Positions 1 through 11,983 of a DNA stretch of 64,000 nucleotides are shown in pieces. A program made the position numbers and the translations under genes. Position 1 is the first letter of the stretch. Every line of letters starts with the position of its first letter. This stretch comes from Octopus sinensis. Lineage: Eukaryota. The stretch lies in NCBI RefSeq assembly GCF_006345805.1, contig NC_042997.1, positions 31,124,001 to 31,188,000 of the forward strand, in the 5' to 3' direction. The notes under the pieces are model-generated. The model was not told the DNA's origin. It searched no databases and worked only from the letters and a program-made list of their open reading frames with translations.

Positions 1-43
1 TCGTCTAAACTTGAATGATTTATTATTGAGACTATGGTGTCTT

Positions 44-302
44 TTACCGAGCCGCTAGGTTACGGGGACGTAAACACACCAGCATCGGTTGTCAAGTGAT
101 GTTGGGGGGACAAACACACACACACAAACGTATACACACACATACATACATATGCACACACACACACATATGCATATATACGACGGGCTTCTTTCAGTTT
201 CGGTCTACTAAAATCCACTCACAAGGCTTTGGTTGGCCCTAGGCTATAGTAGAAGACACTTGCCCAAGGTGCCACGCAGTAGGACTGAACTCGGAACCAT
301 GT
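44..302 (-). mobile_element. CORE-like tRNA-derived SINE (family A), truncated at both ends, inside a 43-bp direct repeat
   Basis: Matches the family A copies at 17590-17995 and 58501-58897 (cgacgggcttctttcagtttc...gaagacacttgcccaaggtgccacgcagt). Flanks 1-43 and 303-345 are a 42/43-identical direct repeat. Confidence 0.85.
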
Positions 303-479
303 TCGTCTAAACTTTAATGATTTATTATTGAGACTATGGTGTCTTCTCACCAGTTGAATCAGTTATTTCTCTTTAATCCCTCGTAATTTGCTGTTTTTGG
401 TTTTCTGTCAGATCAAGTTAATTGAGATGACTGCGGATCAAAATATTAATTAGCATAAAAGGAAAGGGGTACAGATATA

Positions 480-507
480 AGAAGTGATGATGACGACGAC
501 GTTGATG

Positions 508-540
<33 letters not shown>

Positions 541-716
541 GTAGTGGTGGTGCTGGCGGCAATGGCGGTTTAAATGATGGATGACGACGACGACGACGAT
601 GATGATGGTAATGATGGCGATAGCGAGTAGTATGAAGGAATTGGAATGGGAAGGAAAGAAAAGAAGGGGTGGAGAGAAATAAAGAAGAAAGGAAAGAAAG
701 TAGGAAAGGTGTAGAG

Positions 717-770
<54 letters not shown>

Positions 771-852
771 GTGTGTAAGAGATGGAAGTTATGGAGAAGA
801 TCGATAGAATTATAGTGAGAAATAGAGCGAGATCAAGAAGGTAACGAAATGA

Positions 853-888
<36 letters not shown>

Positions 889-930
889 AGGAAAGAAAGA
901 AAAAGCGAGAGAAAGAAAGGGTGTAAGGAA
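480..930. repeat. Compound microsatellite (GAT/GAC/GGT, GT, GAAA)
   Basis: Seen directly; explains ORF 418..1017. Confidence 0.95.
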
Positions 931-1300
931 ACAGAAAAATATCAAATACATTATTATTAGAATACTGTCAGTAACAGAACTACAATACACTCCTACGCAA
1001 AATGCACTACCCATCAATGCTCCTTAACCTTCTGCGCATGTCCAACTAAAATATTTCACGCAAGATAGAACTGCACTGCTTCCAATAAACGGAGACCTTG
1101 AAACAATATCCCAATGAGAAACACGTTAACCTTGATACTTTCAACTACACCAAGACTGAATTACTACATCTAGCATGGAAAACAGTCTTGCTCTACCATG
1201 TCACTCCATTTGAATTTCAAGTTGCTAAAATCCTCTGAAATCCGATACAAATGCTAAGCCTCTCAGCATCTATGTTGTTGTTGCTGTTGTTGTTGTTGTT

Positions 1301-1740
1301 TCCTCCGACACGCCGCTCTGAATGACACATTTCAAGTGTCTACGACGACACTGGTTTTTCGCTGCAACTGGAGTCAGAAAGTCTTCTTCATGGGGATGGC
1401 AAGCGCCCGACGGATTAACCCTCTTTCCATACGTGGGAAGCAAATCCTTAATCTGGGACACGATGTGCTGCAACAGGTTCTTCGTCTCCAACGATGCTGC
1501 ATCGGCCGCAAACCCGGTTATCGACGCCCATAACGCAGAGGAGAGGAAGACAGATAAATAAATACAGAATCCTGACCAGTCGGTTGCTGTCGAGTCCTCG
1601 GGTGTTTTCTATCCCCACACGACTGATTTCCTCTACAAAATCGGGATAACTGCGAACCGTCTGAGAAATGAGCCCCCTGAGATAGGGTGTCGCTGGCCAT
1701 TTCCGCGGCAAAGCCTTTGCAATTATGTCCGAGAGGCCTG
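1301..1740 (+). mobile_element. CRE-clade non-LTR retrotransposon relic, C-terminal RLE domain, frameshifted
   Basis: Joining frames gives RHAALND...TGFSLQLESESLLHGDGKR/PDGLTLFPYVGSKSLIWDTMC...AHNAEERKTDK...VAVESSGVF...VSLAI/RGKAFAIM. This follows the CRE-type order RHxxLND, DGKRPDG, LxWDxT, AExxKxxKY, AVExxG, SLAIxRGNA. The 5' junction abuts a (GTT)n run at 1273-1300. Confidence 0.8.
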
Positions 1741-2549
1741 GCTATACAAGCCATTTATTTTGGAGTGTTCAACCCGTTATCCCACCAACCTATCTTCTGC
1801 TGCTTAAACCTCCTCTTTTTCTTTTTCTTTGTTTTCTTGGTGATGTAGTTACGGGTATTTCCTCGATTTCTTTTATCTTATATACTATTAATGTATTTTC
1901 TTCTTTTCTTTCTGTAAAAATATCTCAATAAAAATACAGTCTAATACCATTAAAAAATAGGCAAAAACATTTCAGCCTAACTCTGTCTTTTAAGAAGTGC
2001 GTAGGCTTACATTAATTCATGTGATCTTTTCTTATTTTTTTCTTTTTAGACATTAGGCTGTGATTTGAATGAAATCTAGCTGCTATTTCAGCAGGTCAAG
2101 CAAGCGACTATGTAGAGATTTTTTTTCTTCTTATGTTTGTGTCAATTATATGTTGATCTCCCTTGGTGACCTTACAAGCATATAACATTGCTGCAACTCT
2201 ATTCCTTCCCCATCCTAGCCGAGTAGCCCTTGTCGGAACAAGAAAATATTGCGGTTCTGATTTATTGCTGAGCCGATACAAAGCATAAGTGAGCCTTCCA
2301 CTAATGAATCTGGATGTCTTCCTCTTCCTGAACAATAATAGTTTATTGGTAATAGTTTATAATAGTTTATAATAATAGTTTATTGGTCAGGTTTCTACGC
2401 TTTTCCCATATCGAAGTTCGCTAAGCCGCGAAAAATTTTATTTCGAATTATATCATTGGCGAGTTAACTTGGGATTCCTTAACGACAATGTAACCTTTAT
2501 ATAACTAACGTATCTTCGGCCTGTGTATCCCTTGTTGATCTGCTACCAA

Positions 2550-2587
2550 CAGGTAAAATCCAGGCTATGTAGCCTGGATTTTACCTG
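2550..2587. repeat. Perfect 18-bp inverted repeat with 2-nt loop
   Basis: CAGGTAAAATCCAGGCTA (2550-2567), TG, TAGCCTGGATTTTACCTG (2570-2587). Confidence 0.95.
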
Positions 2588-2609
2588 CGTCACTTCCTCA
2601 GTTTGGATG

Positions 2610-2613
2610 CACA

Positions 2614-2671
<58 letters not shown>

Positions 2672-2867
2672 TTTACATACAAACGAATGTACATTTCTAT
2701 GTACATAAATGCACGCACACTTACATTCACAATTATGTAGATACATACCATACATACATACATACATACATACATACATACACACTCATACATACATACA
2801 TACATACATATATACACGCACACATACATACATACATACATATATACACACACACATACATACATAC

Positions 2868-2898
<31 letters not shown>

Positions 2899-4310
2899 CA
2901 TACATACATACATACATACATACATACACCTAATGTGTTAAAATGCTATAATTTTTCTGTCACAGAAGGCGATCAGCTAACATTCGATCTGCAAATTCAT
3001 CCTGTAAGCCGAACAATGAAAATATTGAATACTTTTCTAAAACTCAACCTGTAAATTTTTACTATTGTTGTTCACTAAAGTCTAGCATTAGAGCAAGATT
3101 TCTTTTGAAATTAAACAAATAGAAGTATAACATAAAAATTACATTCAGGCGCACATACATACACACACATATACATACATACATCATACATACACACACA
3201 TATACATACATACTAGATAAATACATACATACATACATACATACATACATACATACATACATACATACATACATACATACATGCCAGGGATACTGGTGGA
3301 GTGTCCCAGTGAAAACTTCAATAAAATATAAACACAATAGGACTGATATGATTTGGGATAGAGAAGAGTAACTGTGTACAGTTGTAGAAATCAGCTGCCC
3401 AACGGATGTTAACATAAAGCTAAAGATCAGTGAAAAAGAAAATACCTACAATGAACTATTGAGAAACTTACAGATTCTCTATCCAAATTACAAGTTCAGG
3501 TTCATACCTGTAATTGTTGGGATACTGTGATATGTAACAAACTACCTAAATACCTATCTTGAGAAATTAGGCTTCTCAAAACCAGAAAGGGGAAAGCTGA
3601 TTCAGAGACTACAGATGCAAGCAATCACTGGAGCTGTAAAGATCTGTAAAACTTTGCAGAAGTTTATAATTTAAGTATATATGAGCATGTCTAAATATGC
3701 AACTATATGCATGAGAATACATACATAAAACAAAACATATAAATCTACACATATACATACAAAGCCTTGGAAACCGGTTCTTTCTCTGTTGACAAGAAAT
3801 CTTGAAATAAACTGAATAATGACATTTATACATACGTACATACATACAAAAATATCTTGTTGATGTTGAAATTCCAAAGAAGGAGCCTTGGATCTTTTGG
3901 TAAAAGAGCTTGAAATGAAGCAGAATAATGACACACGTACATACATTCATTCATACATACATACATACATTCATACATACATACATACATACATACATAC
4001 ATACATACATTCATTACATACATACATACATCATACATTCATTCATCCATACATACATACATCATACATACATACATACATACATTCATACATACATACA
4101 TACATACATACATACATACATACATACATACATACATACACATCCTACATACATACATACATCATACATACATACATACATACATACATACATACATGCA
4201 TACATACATACATACATACATACATACATACATTCATCATACATACATACATACATACATACATACATACATACATACATACATACATACATACATACAT
4301 ACGCACGAAA
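2610..4310. repeat. (CA)n and (TACA)n microsatellite field hosting the R4/Dong relic
   Basis: Seen directly. Confidence 0.95.
3283..3935 (+). mobile_element. R4/Dong-clade non-LTR retrotransposon, 5'-truncated (RLE domain and 3' UTR), inserted in (TACA)n
   Basis: 3288-3674 reads GYWWSVPVKTSIKYKHNRTDMIWDREE*LCTVVEISCPTDVNIKLKISEKENTYNELLRNLQILYPNYKFRFIPVIVGIL*YV...LQMQAITGAVKICKTLQKFII*. HNR(P)D, EISCPxDxN, EKxxxY and IPxIVG are R4/Dong RLE motifs. Both ends lie in TACA repeats. Confidence 0.85.
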
Positions 4311-4585
4311 ACATATACATGTTTACAAGAGCAGTAAACACGTCATCAGCTAACTTCCTCTTAGCGAATTGCTGTCGATTTAATTCTTTAATTAATCATT
4401 ACCGATAATTAAAGACATTGGAATAATTTGTCAGACTTTAAGGAAAATGTGTTCCAAATCTTAATCACTTAATGTTTCATCTGTTAATTTACAGATAAAT
4501 TTTATATTGATTTTTTATTTTTCATATGGAAGAGATTTGATTAATATGTTTCAAGAGTGAAAGCGAGGGAGGAAAGAAGAAAAAG

Positions 4586-4630
<45 letters not shown>

Positions 4631-5129
4631 GCGAATATTTTAAAAAAAGATGGGTGAATGTAGCAAGGATGGCACGTATGAATGACGAAGCCACCTTGAG
4701 CATAATCCTATGAACCCAGAAAATGAAAACAGAGGGTTACCCACTTGCAAACAAATGTGGTAACATATAACAATATTGACCAAGGTTACCGTGGTCTTTT
4801 TCGTAGGCTTTTCTTCCCACGGATAAACCTTACTTGCTTTCCCCTTTACACCATACATCATAACACTGTGATACACGATCCCTATTGATCGTTTTTTTCC
4901 TCCCCCCCTTTTTTTTCATTTCTCTTTTCTTTTGTTCCTTTTCCTTTTTTTTTTATTTTTTGTTCTTTTTTTCCCTTTCACGATCCCTTTTGATCGAAAA
5001 CCTATGCCACCTTTTTTTTTGTTTCCTTTGTTTTTTTGTTTTTATGTTTTTTTTCATCCCCCAAAAGAAAAGCTCTACCTTGTAACTTGTCCCATCTGTG
5101 TGCAGCCCTGTGTGGCCAATAAAGAAACT

Positions 5130-5257
5130 TATCTATCTATATGCATGTACGTATGTATGTATGTATGTATGTATGTATGTATGTATGTATGTATGTATGT
5201 ATCTATCTATCTATCTATTCATCCATCCATCTGTCTATCTATCTATCTATCTATCTG

Positions 5258-5288
<31 letters not shown>

Positions 5289-5328
5289 GTCTATCTATCT
5301 ATCTATCTATCTATCTATTGATATATAT

Positions 5329-5372
<44 letters not shown>

Positions 5373-5380
5373 ATATACCC
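5130..5380. repeat. Compound (TATG)n-(TATC)n-(TA)n microsatellite
   Basis: Seen directly. Confidence 0.95.
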
Positions 5381-5831
5381 ACACAGAGATGGAGAGATAG
5401 ATAGACAGATAGATAGATCAATGAGGAATACATAGCAAAGGTGAGACAAAAATGCAAGTGAAAAAGAGGGGTGAGAGAAAAAGAGAGAAAGAAATAACAT
5501 GAAAGAGGGAGGAAAACGGATGAAACGGAAAGATGTGAAATGGGACAGATATGTGGGTCGGTCGGTAGACTGATAGGTCGAAAAACATGAAGATCGGTAG
5601 GTAGGTCGATAGGCTGGTCGGTGGGGATGTAGGAAGATAGATGTGTAGATAGATCGATTGTCAATCAAATAAGGAAATAAATAAGCAAATGAGAAAGAAA
5701 GTGAGAACAATCTTCTCCGTTGGTTATCTCACTGGGTCATTGTTCAATAATTGAAAACAACTTCGCACTCAACTGCTACCAAGCTATGTGTGTGAGTGTG
5801 TGTGCTATTTAAGAGTATGAGTATGCATGTA

Positions 5832-5862
<31 letters not shown>

Positions 5863-5880
5863 GTGTGTGTGCATTTGTGC

Positions 5881-6108
5881 CTGGAGGAAGTAGTGCTGCC
5901 CTGGGTCAAGAGGGTGGCTGCTGGAAGACCCTACGTCTGGCAACAGGACTCTACACCATGCCACAAAAGCAGGAGAACCCAGTCATAGCTGTCAATAAAT
6001 TTCTGCGAACTCATCACCCTTAACATCTGGTCGCCTAACTCCCCAGACTGCAACCTCCTTGATTATTATGTGTGGGGTTCAGTTGACCGAGGGACCAACA
6101 AAACTCTG
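5881..6108 (+). mobile_element. Tc1/mariner (maT/DD37D-like) transposase C-terminal relic
   Basis: One frame: LEEVVLPWVKRVAAGRPYVWQQDSTPCHKSRRTQS*LSINFCELITLNIWSPNSPDCNLLDYYVWGSVDRGTNKT. It contains QQDxxPxH and WxPNSPDxNxLDY; the stop at 5986-5988 is probably TGG>TAG. Confidence 0.85.
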
Positions 6109-6324
6109 AAGTGCGCTTGGTTTCTGGTCATTTCAACCTTTGTTGCGTCACTGGTGTTATAGATGATCGGATTGAAAAGTGGATTAATGCAGTGCAACAG
6201 TTTATCCACTCAAAACAAATTCACACAGAGCAATTTTTGGGACTGAACGTTTCCATGGATTGAGTTTAGGAAGTGGTCCTACTCGGTCATACGTTGACTT
6301 CCATTACTTGGCATTACTTAGGCA

Positions 6325-6887
6325 CACGCCCATCTGTCTCCTTAACTTTTTGTCTCATTTGAATTTTGTAAGCATGCAGTCTTAGGCGTTTATGTGGCAC
6401 ATTTTGAATTGCGTTCTGAGTTCTGAGTTCAAATTCCGCCGAGGTCGACTTTGCCTTTCATCCTTTCGGGGTCGATAAATTAAGTACCAGTTACGCACTG
6501 GGGTCGATGTAATCGACTTAATCCGTTTGTCTGTCCTTGTTTGTCCCCTCTGTGTTTAGCCCCTTGTGGGTAGTAAAGAGATACATTTTGAATTGTTGTT
6601 TTAGGCATACGAAGTTCCAAACTGCGTCGAGCGATTAACTTCTTCGGACTACGCAAACATTACAGTCTCAGACGCTCTACATTCTCTTCCGACGTGCGTG
6701 GCCGGCTTGGAGATTTCTTAATGTTTACATTTGCAGTTTCTTTAAACTGTTTAAACCAACGAACAATGGTTTTGTCTGTAGGTGGATCTTGTCCATAAGT
6801 ATGCCGGAAATGACGTTGCACTAAAACAACTGACTTAAACTCAACGTGCCACAACACACACTGCGTTTTCTGCTGTACAGTCGTCAT
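6325..6887 (-). mobile_element. Tc1/mariner-type transposase N-terminal relic (DUF4817/HTH-like), interrupted by a SINE
   Basis: ORF 6660..6887 (MTTVQQKTQCVLW...PPTDKTIVRWFKQFKETANV...KSPSRPRTSEENVERLR) continues past a stop as CLRSPKKLIARRSLELRMPKTTIQNV. It resumes after the SINE as IQNVPHKRLRLHAYKIQMRQKVKETD. Confidence 0.85.
6412..6582 (+). mobile_element. Meta-like SINE (family B), 5'-truncated, 13-bp TSD
   Basis: TSD ACATTTTGAATTG at 6399-6411 and 6583-6595. Central domain ggtcgactttgcctttcatcctttcggggtcgataaattaagtaccag resembles the Meta domain. Confidence 0.9.
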
Positions 6888-7235
6888 GATTGCCGTGGAG
6901 TGATTGGCCAGAGGCTTGCTAGTGAAATAGTGATATCAAAGACAACCCAGTGACAAATATCATAACTTCTACAGTTGTTATACAGTCCCACATTGATTTC
7001 ATACAGACCGCTTGCTTATAGCTAGTGCAATTGAAATATACGCAATTTAGCAGCTACAGGCATATGCATACGTAGTCGGTGTGCTTTGACACCAAGTTAC
7101 ACGTACGAGTCACTGGTAGAAGTCCTTTGGTGGTGATTGTGGTGGTGGTGGTGGTGGAGGTGGTGGTTGTGATGAGTGTGTAATATATCCACAAGATTTA
7201 ATCTGACCGAAGGCTATAGCTGAAGACATGTACCC

Positions 7236-7476
7236 TAATGGCGGCGAGTTGACAGAAACGTTAGCACGCCGGGCGAAATGCTTAGCGGTATTTCGTCTGC
7301 CGTTACGTTCTGAGTTCAAATTCTGCCGAAGTCGACTTTGCCTTTCATCATTTCGGGGTCGATAAATTAAATACCAGTTACGCAATGGGGTCGATGAAAT
7401 CGACTTAATCCATCCTTTTGTCTGTCCTTGTTTATCCCCTCTATGTTTAGCCTCTTGTGTGCAATAAAAGAAATAA
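7236..7476 (+). mobile_element. Meta-like SINE (family B), full length, 14-bp TSD, inserted in an old family A remnant
   Basis: TSD GAAGACATGTACCC at 7222-7235 and 7477-7490. Has a tRNA-like head (ggcggcgagttgacagaaacgttagc...gagttcaaattc) and the long tail ending aaagaaataa. Confidence 0.9.
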
Positions 7477-8389
7477 GAAGACATGTACCCGAGGTGCTGC
7501 GCAGTGTGATCGAATAAAGGCCCTCATAATTGTGAAAAATTTCTACAATCATAAAATTAAAGAAGTGAATATCAAAGTCAGATGGTGGACCCGACAGATC
7601 TTAGCCTCGATCTCAAACCAAACAAGCCTAAACAAATGACTTGCACGGAACAAGAAACTGAATATTTCAGTAAAGTTAAAACAGTAACAAAAAGGGAAGG
7701 CTACAGCGAAAGACGTTTATTATACTAATTTACTAATGATACGCTTTTATTCATATATTTCCAAACTCTCTTAAGAATACACACACATTCTGCACAGAGA
7801 CTGAGTAGTAATGAATACAAAGCAATGACAGTAATATGAACAGCGTAAAATTAGCAAAAGTGTCACAATGACCATCATGTGTCGGTAAATACAATACACA
7901 GGTAAATTGAAAGGTAATTCAAGTGAGGGCTTTTGGATTGAAATAATCTCAACGGAGTAATAATCAAACTGAAGGTGTAGAGAATACAAAGGGTGGGGGT
8001 AGGAGAAGGAATTAGTTTTATTTAATGAATGTCGTTAATGGAAACCTGTTGTTGATTTTCATTAGACGTGATGTTTATCACGCTTGTTTGTCAAGACAAG
8101 AATAAACCAAAGCGACTGATTAAATAATACAAGCTACTATCGAATATATATATACATACATACATGTACACTAACACACATGTGCATACTTGCAAAGATA
8201 CATACGTGCAGGCACACACACACACACACACACACAACGACGAACACACATACATGCATATATCGTTTTACAGCTTTGTTGTACGCTTTTCTCTGTTCAA
8301 CTTTGACAGCAGAGGACAATAGTCTTATCTTCCTTAATTCTCCATGCTTACCAGCTTCTCTTTGTCTTTCACTCTTTCTTTCTCTCTCT

Positions 8390-8404
8390 AATACACACAC
8401 ACAC

Positions 8405-8461
<57 letters not shown>

Positions 8462-8590
8462 TACACTTGTATATATATATATGTATATATATATATCTTT
8501 ATATATATACATATATATATGTATATATAATATATATATATATAATTATATATATATCTTTATATATACATATATATTTATATTTATTAT

Positions 8591-8629
<39 letters not shown>

Positions 8630-8723
8630 GTATATATATATATCTGTATATATATATATACATATATATATGTATATATATATATATATATAATTATATA
8701 TATATCTGTATTATATATATATA

Positions 8724-8760
<37 letters not shown>

Positions 8761-8830
8761 GTATATGTAATATATATATATATATATATATGTATATACA
8801 TATATATATACATACACAACACCACACACA
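8390..8830. repeat. Long imperfect (TA)n tract
   Basis: Seen directly. Confidence 0.95.
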
Positions 8831-9330
8831 TGTAATTATACATGTGTGTGCGTGTGTGTATATATATTTGTATGTGTGTGTATGTGCGAGGACATGTGCG
8901 AAAATCAATGCGAATGCATGAGTAAATTATGCGTGCATTGTGTAGTTTAATTACTATCCTAATGAATCTGGTTTTCGTTGCTATATTACCTACAATATCA
9001 GTTGTTTCAATTTGGCTTAATAATTATTTCCCCTTAATCCTTGGCTCCATAATTTTTTAGTTTTTGTTTGTGTGTCTGTGTGTTTATGTGTGATGGTGCT
9101 GGTTTGGATTTTAGACCCATCTACCCATACCTCATATCTTAATCCTCGTTCTTTTAATTCATATTCAGTTTTCCCATGTCCCAATCTCAAATAAGCTAGA
9201 TAACCGTAATTACTTAAAAGACAAAGATCAGATCTTATTTCGAGATTGTGCGCCTTTCTTTTAATGACACCTAAGTTTACAGTTTCAGCTGTTATAACAG
9301 TTGTTTTGTAGTTGCTGTGTGTGAATTTAA

Positions 9331-9346
9331 ACACCAGGTGGCGCTA
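9331..9346 (+). promoter_or_regulatory. CTCF-like motif
   Basis: ACACCAGGTGGCGCTA is 15/16 identical to CCACCAGGTGGCGCTA and lies in non-repeat sequence. Motif match only. Confidence 0.35.
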
Positions 9347-9906
9347 GATTTAGATTATCACCCTAAATACAAGCGTCCAGCTGAATGACACAAGATAGAT
9401 TCCATCAATCTCTCAAAGAACATTTAAGACTTCTTGAGCTTGGATTTACGCAGTCCACGTGCTTGTGTCGTAATAGCGGCTTCTTTTACTATTTGGAAGA
9501 TTTTGAGGATTTGTCTTGTCTTTTGGTGCTGCATGTCTACAAAGCAACTAAGACTTACTGCAGTCTCTCTGCAGCGTAAACTTTGCTGACCCATATCAAT
9601 TCCCTTACGACAGTAATTGGAATTAGAACTGGAACCTCTTTACAGTTAAGGGGATCGAGCCATTTAAGAGTCTTAGCCAATCACCCAATACAGTGCCACG
9701 GACAGGACCCGAACTGTTGACCTCCGGACTGTATACTAGGTCCTACAGTCCGACGCATTGCCATGCTGTAGGATCGAACACGAAACTACTTCATCGTATA
9801 ACATTTTTTTAAAGTCACACAACCACTCATTTACTTACTCATTCTCTATCACTCACACACATGTGTGCATGTTTATGTGCGTGTGTTCATATGTACATAT
9901 ACATGC

Positions 9907-10023
<117 letters not shown>

Positions 10024-10389
10024 CGTCTACATACGCAGTCCTCCTGCGTACATATACACATATATGCATAAATATCAAGTCTCCAATAATTCTTGAAAAG
10101 TTTTTGAATAATGAAACATCTTAAAGGCGGTCTTTGTTCATGGGTTAGGAAGAGACACCCTCGTATTTATAGTCAGCTGATTAGTATACATTAGTATACA
10201 TTCTTTCATACAACAGATGTCTCATGTTTGATCATGGGATACAATGTACTAAATGAATATTCTATAAACGTTGATTATTGATTTATCGCCATTTTCTATA
10301 ATTAAATATCTTTTCTAATTTTTTTTTATCAAGAAGCTTATTTCATTTTTGATTTTATATTGTTTTTACGTTTATTTTTCTTCCAATAC

Positions 10390-10431
<42 letters not shown>

Positions 10432-10559
10432 GTCTTTAGGAAAAAAACATTATTGGAATATATAAAACAAACATGTAAAACAAGACATATATAAATGTCG
10501 ACACCACAACTGTCAGTTTGTTTTATTTTAAAACTGATGGAAAGCCAGCAATGTGGGAA

Positions 10560-10745
10560 GGGGAAACGTCGGTCCGGTCGACTCCAGTACGTGACGAATA
10601 CTTGAATATTATAGGTCATGAAAGGAGGAAAAGCAAAGTTGACTTCGTCAGGATTTGAACTCAGAACGTAAAAGACCATAAGACTACAAGCAGTAAAGCG
10701 GCAAGCTAGCAGGACCGTTAGTGCAACGAACAAAATGCTTAGCTG
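10560..10745 (-). mobile_element. Old Meta-like SINE copy
   Basis: gaaaggaggaaaagcaaagttgacttcgtcaggatttgaactcagaacg is a diverged reverse complement of family B. Confidence 0.65.
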
Positions 10746-10931
10746 CATTTATTCATTTATTCTTTAACTAGTTTCAGTAATTTGACTGCATAAGCCTTGT
10801 CTCTTTTGCCGAACAATTAAGTTATAGGGACATAATCACATCAGAATCGGTTGTCAAGCGAAGGCTGGGTAACAAACACACACACACATAAATATATACA
10901 TATGTATATAATATATACTATATTATATATA

Positions 10932-11020
<89 letters not shown>

Positions 11021-11025
11021 ATATA

Positions 11026-11217
11026 TGACCGCGTGTGTACCGTTGGCGATTTTTTTCCTCCGTCTTCCCTTCTCTGGATCTTTCCTTTTCCTATGTTTCT
11101 GACGAAGAGCTCTGCTCGAAACGTAAACCTCCTTCTTCCCTTCCTCGTGAGCGTCCAATAATACAATATTTGTTCCACGTCCTAGCGTTGTTGTGTTTTC
11201 ATGTTTGGATTAACTAC
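11026..11217 (+). mobile_element. Short hammerhead-bearing unit (Penelope pLTR/retrozyme-like) in (TA)n
   Basis: Homologous to 20809-21036 (-) and more distantly 59146-59349 (-); all are flanked by or next to TA/TG microsatellite. Confidence 0.7.
11095..11128 (+). ncRNA. Minimal type I hammerhead ribozyme motif
   Basis: GTTT-CTGACGA-A-GAGC tct GCTC-GAAA-CG-TA-AAC: intact core and helix II, palindromic ACGT helix III, weak helix I. Confidence 0.6.
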
Positions 11218-11268
11218 ATATATATATTATATATATAAATAGATAGATATATAAGTATGTATGTATGT

Positions 11269-11314
<46 letters not shown>

Positions 11315-11929
11315 GACTGGCTTCTTTCAGTTTCCGTCTGCCAAATACACTCACAAGGCTATAGTAGAAAACACTTGCTCAAGATGCCACGCAGTGGAAC
11401 TGAACCCAAACTATGTAGTTAGGAAGCAAGCTTCTTACCACATAACCAAGCCTGCGCCTTTCTACACGTTTTGTGTTCAAATGCCGCTACGATTGACTTT
11501 ACATTTTCATTCTTTAGGGGTTGATAAAATAAATATCAGAGGAGCACTGTTGGTCGACGGAATCGATTTCTCTCTCCCTTCAAAATTGCTGGCATTGTGC
11601 TAAAATTCAAAAGAATTATTACAAGAAATTTGGGTTCTACTCTCTATATTACATCATCAACGATCCAACGTGCTTCCATGCAGGAGAATCAAATACGAAA
11701 CCACATAGTTCTGTCATAATTTCTTTAGTCATACACACACAAAAATTGATTTCAAATTGTAGTGAATTCTGACAGACAAAAGATCACAAATTTCATGGTA
11801 GTGATTAAGAAAGTGTAGCAGAACCCATTGCGATTGGTCTTCACAATACTCTCCTAATGATTGCATGACCAATTCTGATATATATATATATATTATATAT
11901 TAGTTTAAAACTCGCCAAGAAGGTTTTGA

Positions 11930-11983
11930 AACCACCTGAAGAATGTCTCAAAGATGTGCTGACACGAAACGATCGTAGTGGTT
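11930..11983 (+). ncRNA. Type I hammerhead ribozyme motif
   Basis: AACCAC-CTGAAGA-A-TGTC...GACA-C-GAAA-CGATCG-TA-GTGGTT. Helix I is a perfect 6 bp, helix III is the palindrome ACGATCGT, predicted cleavage is after GTA (11977). The helix II closing pair is imperfect. Confidence 0.75.

Larger units (their letters stand above)
10761..11459 (-). mobile_element. Family A SINE split by an expanded internal (TA)n that hosts a hammerhead unit
   Basis: 3' half at 10761-10890, 5' half at 11312-11459. Confidence 0.8.

Noticed and set aside
1270-1711. Minus-strand ORFs 1270..1491 and 1448..1711 as host exons
   Set aside because: They are antisense shadows of the plus-strand CRE relic.
9017-9334. 105-aa minus-strand ORF (...LRLGHGKTEYELKERGLRYEVW...) with a GAG|GTATGG donor
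   Set aside because: No recognisable domain and no polypyrimidine acceptor; insufficient without RNA data.
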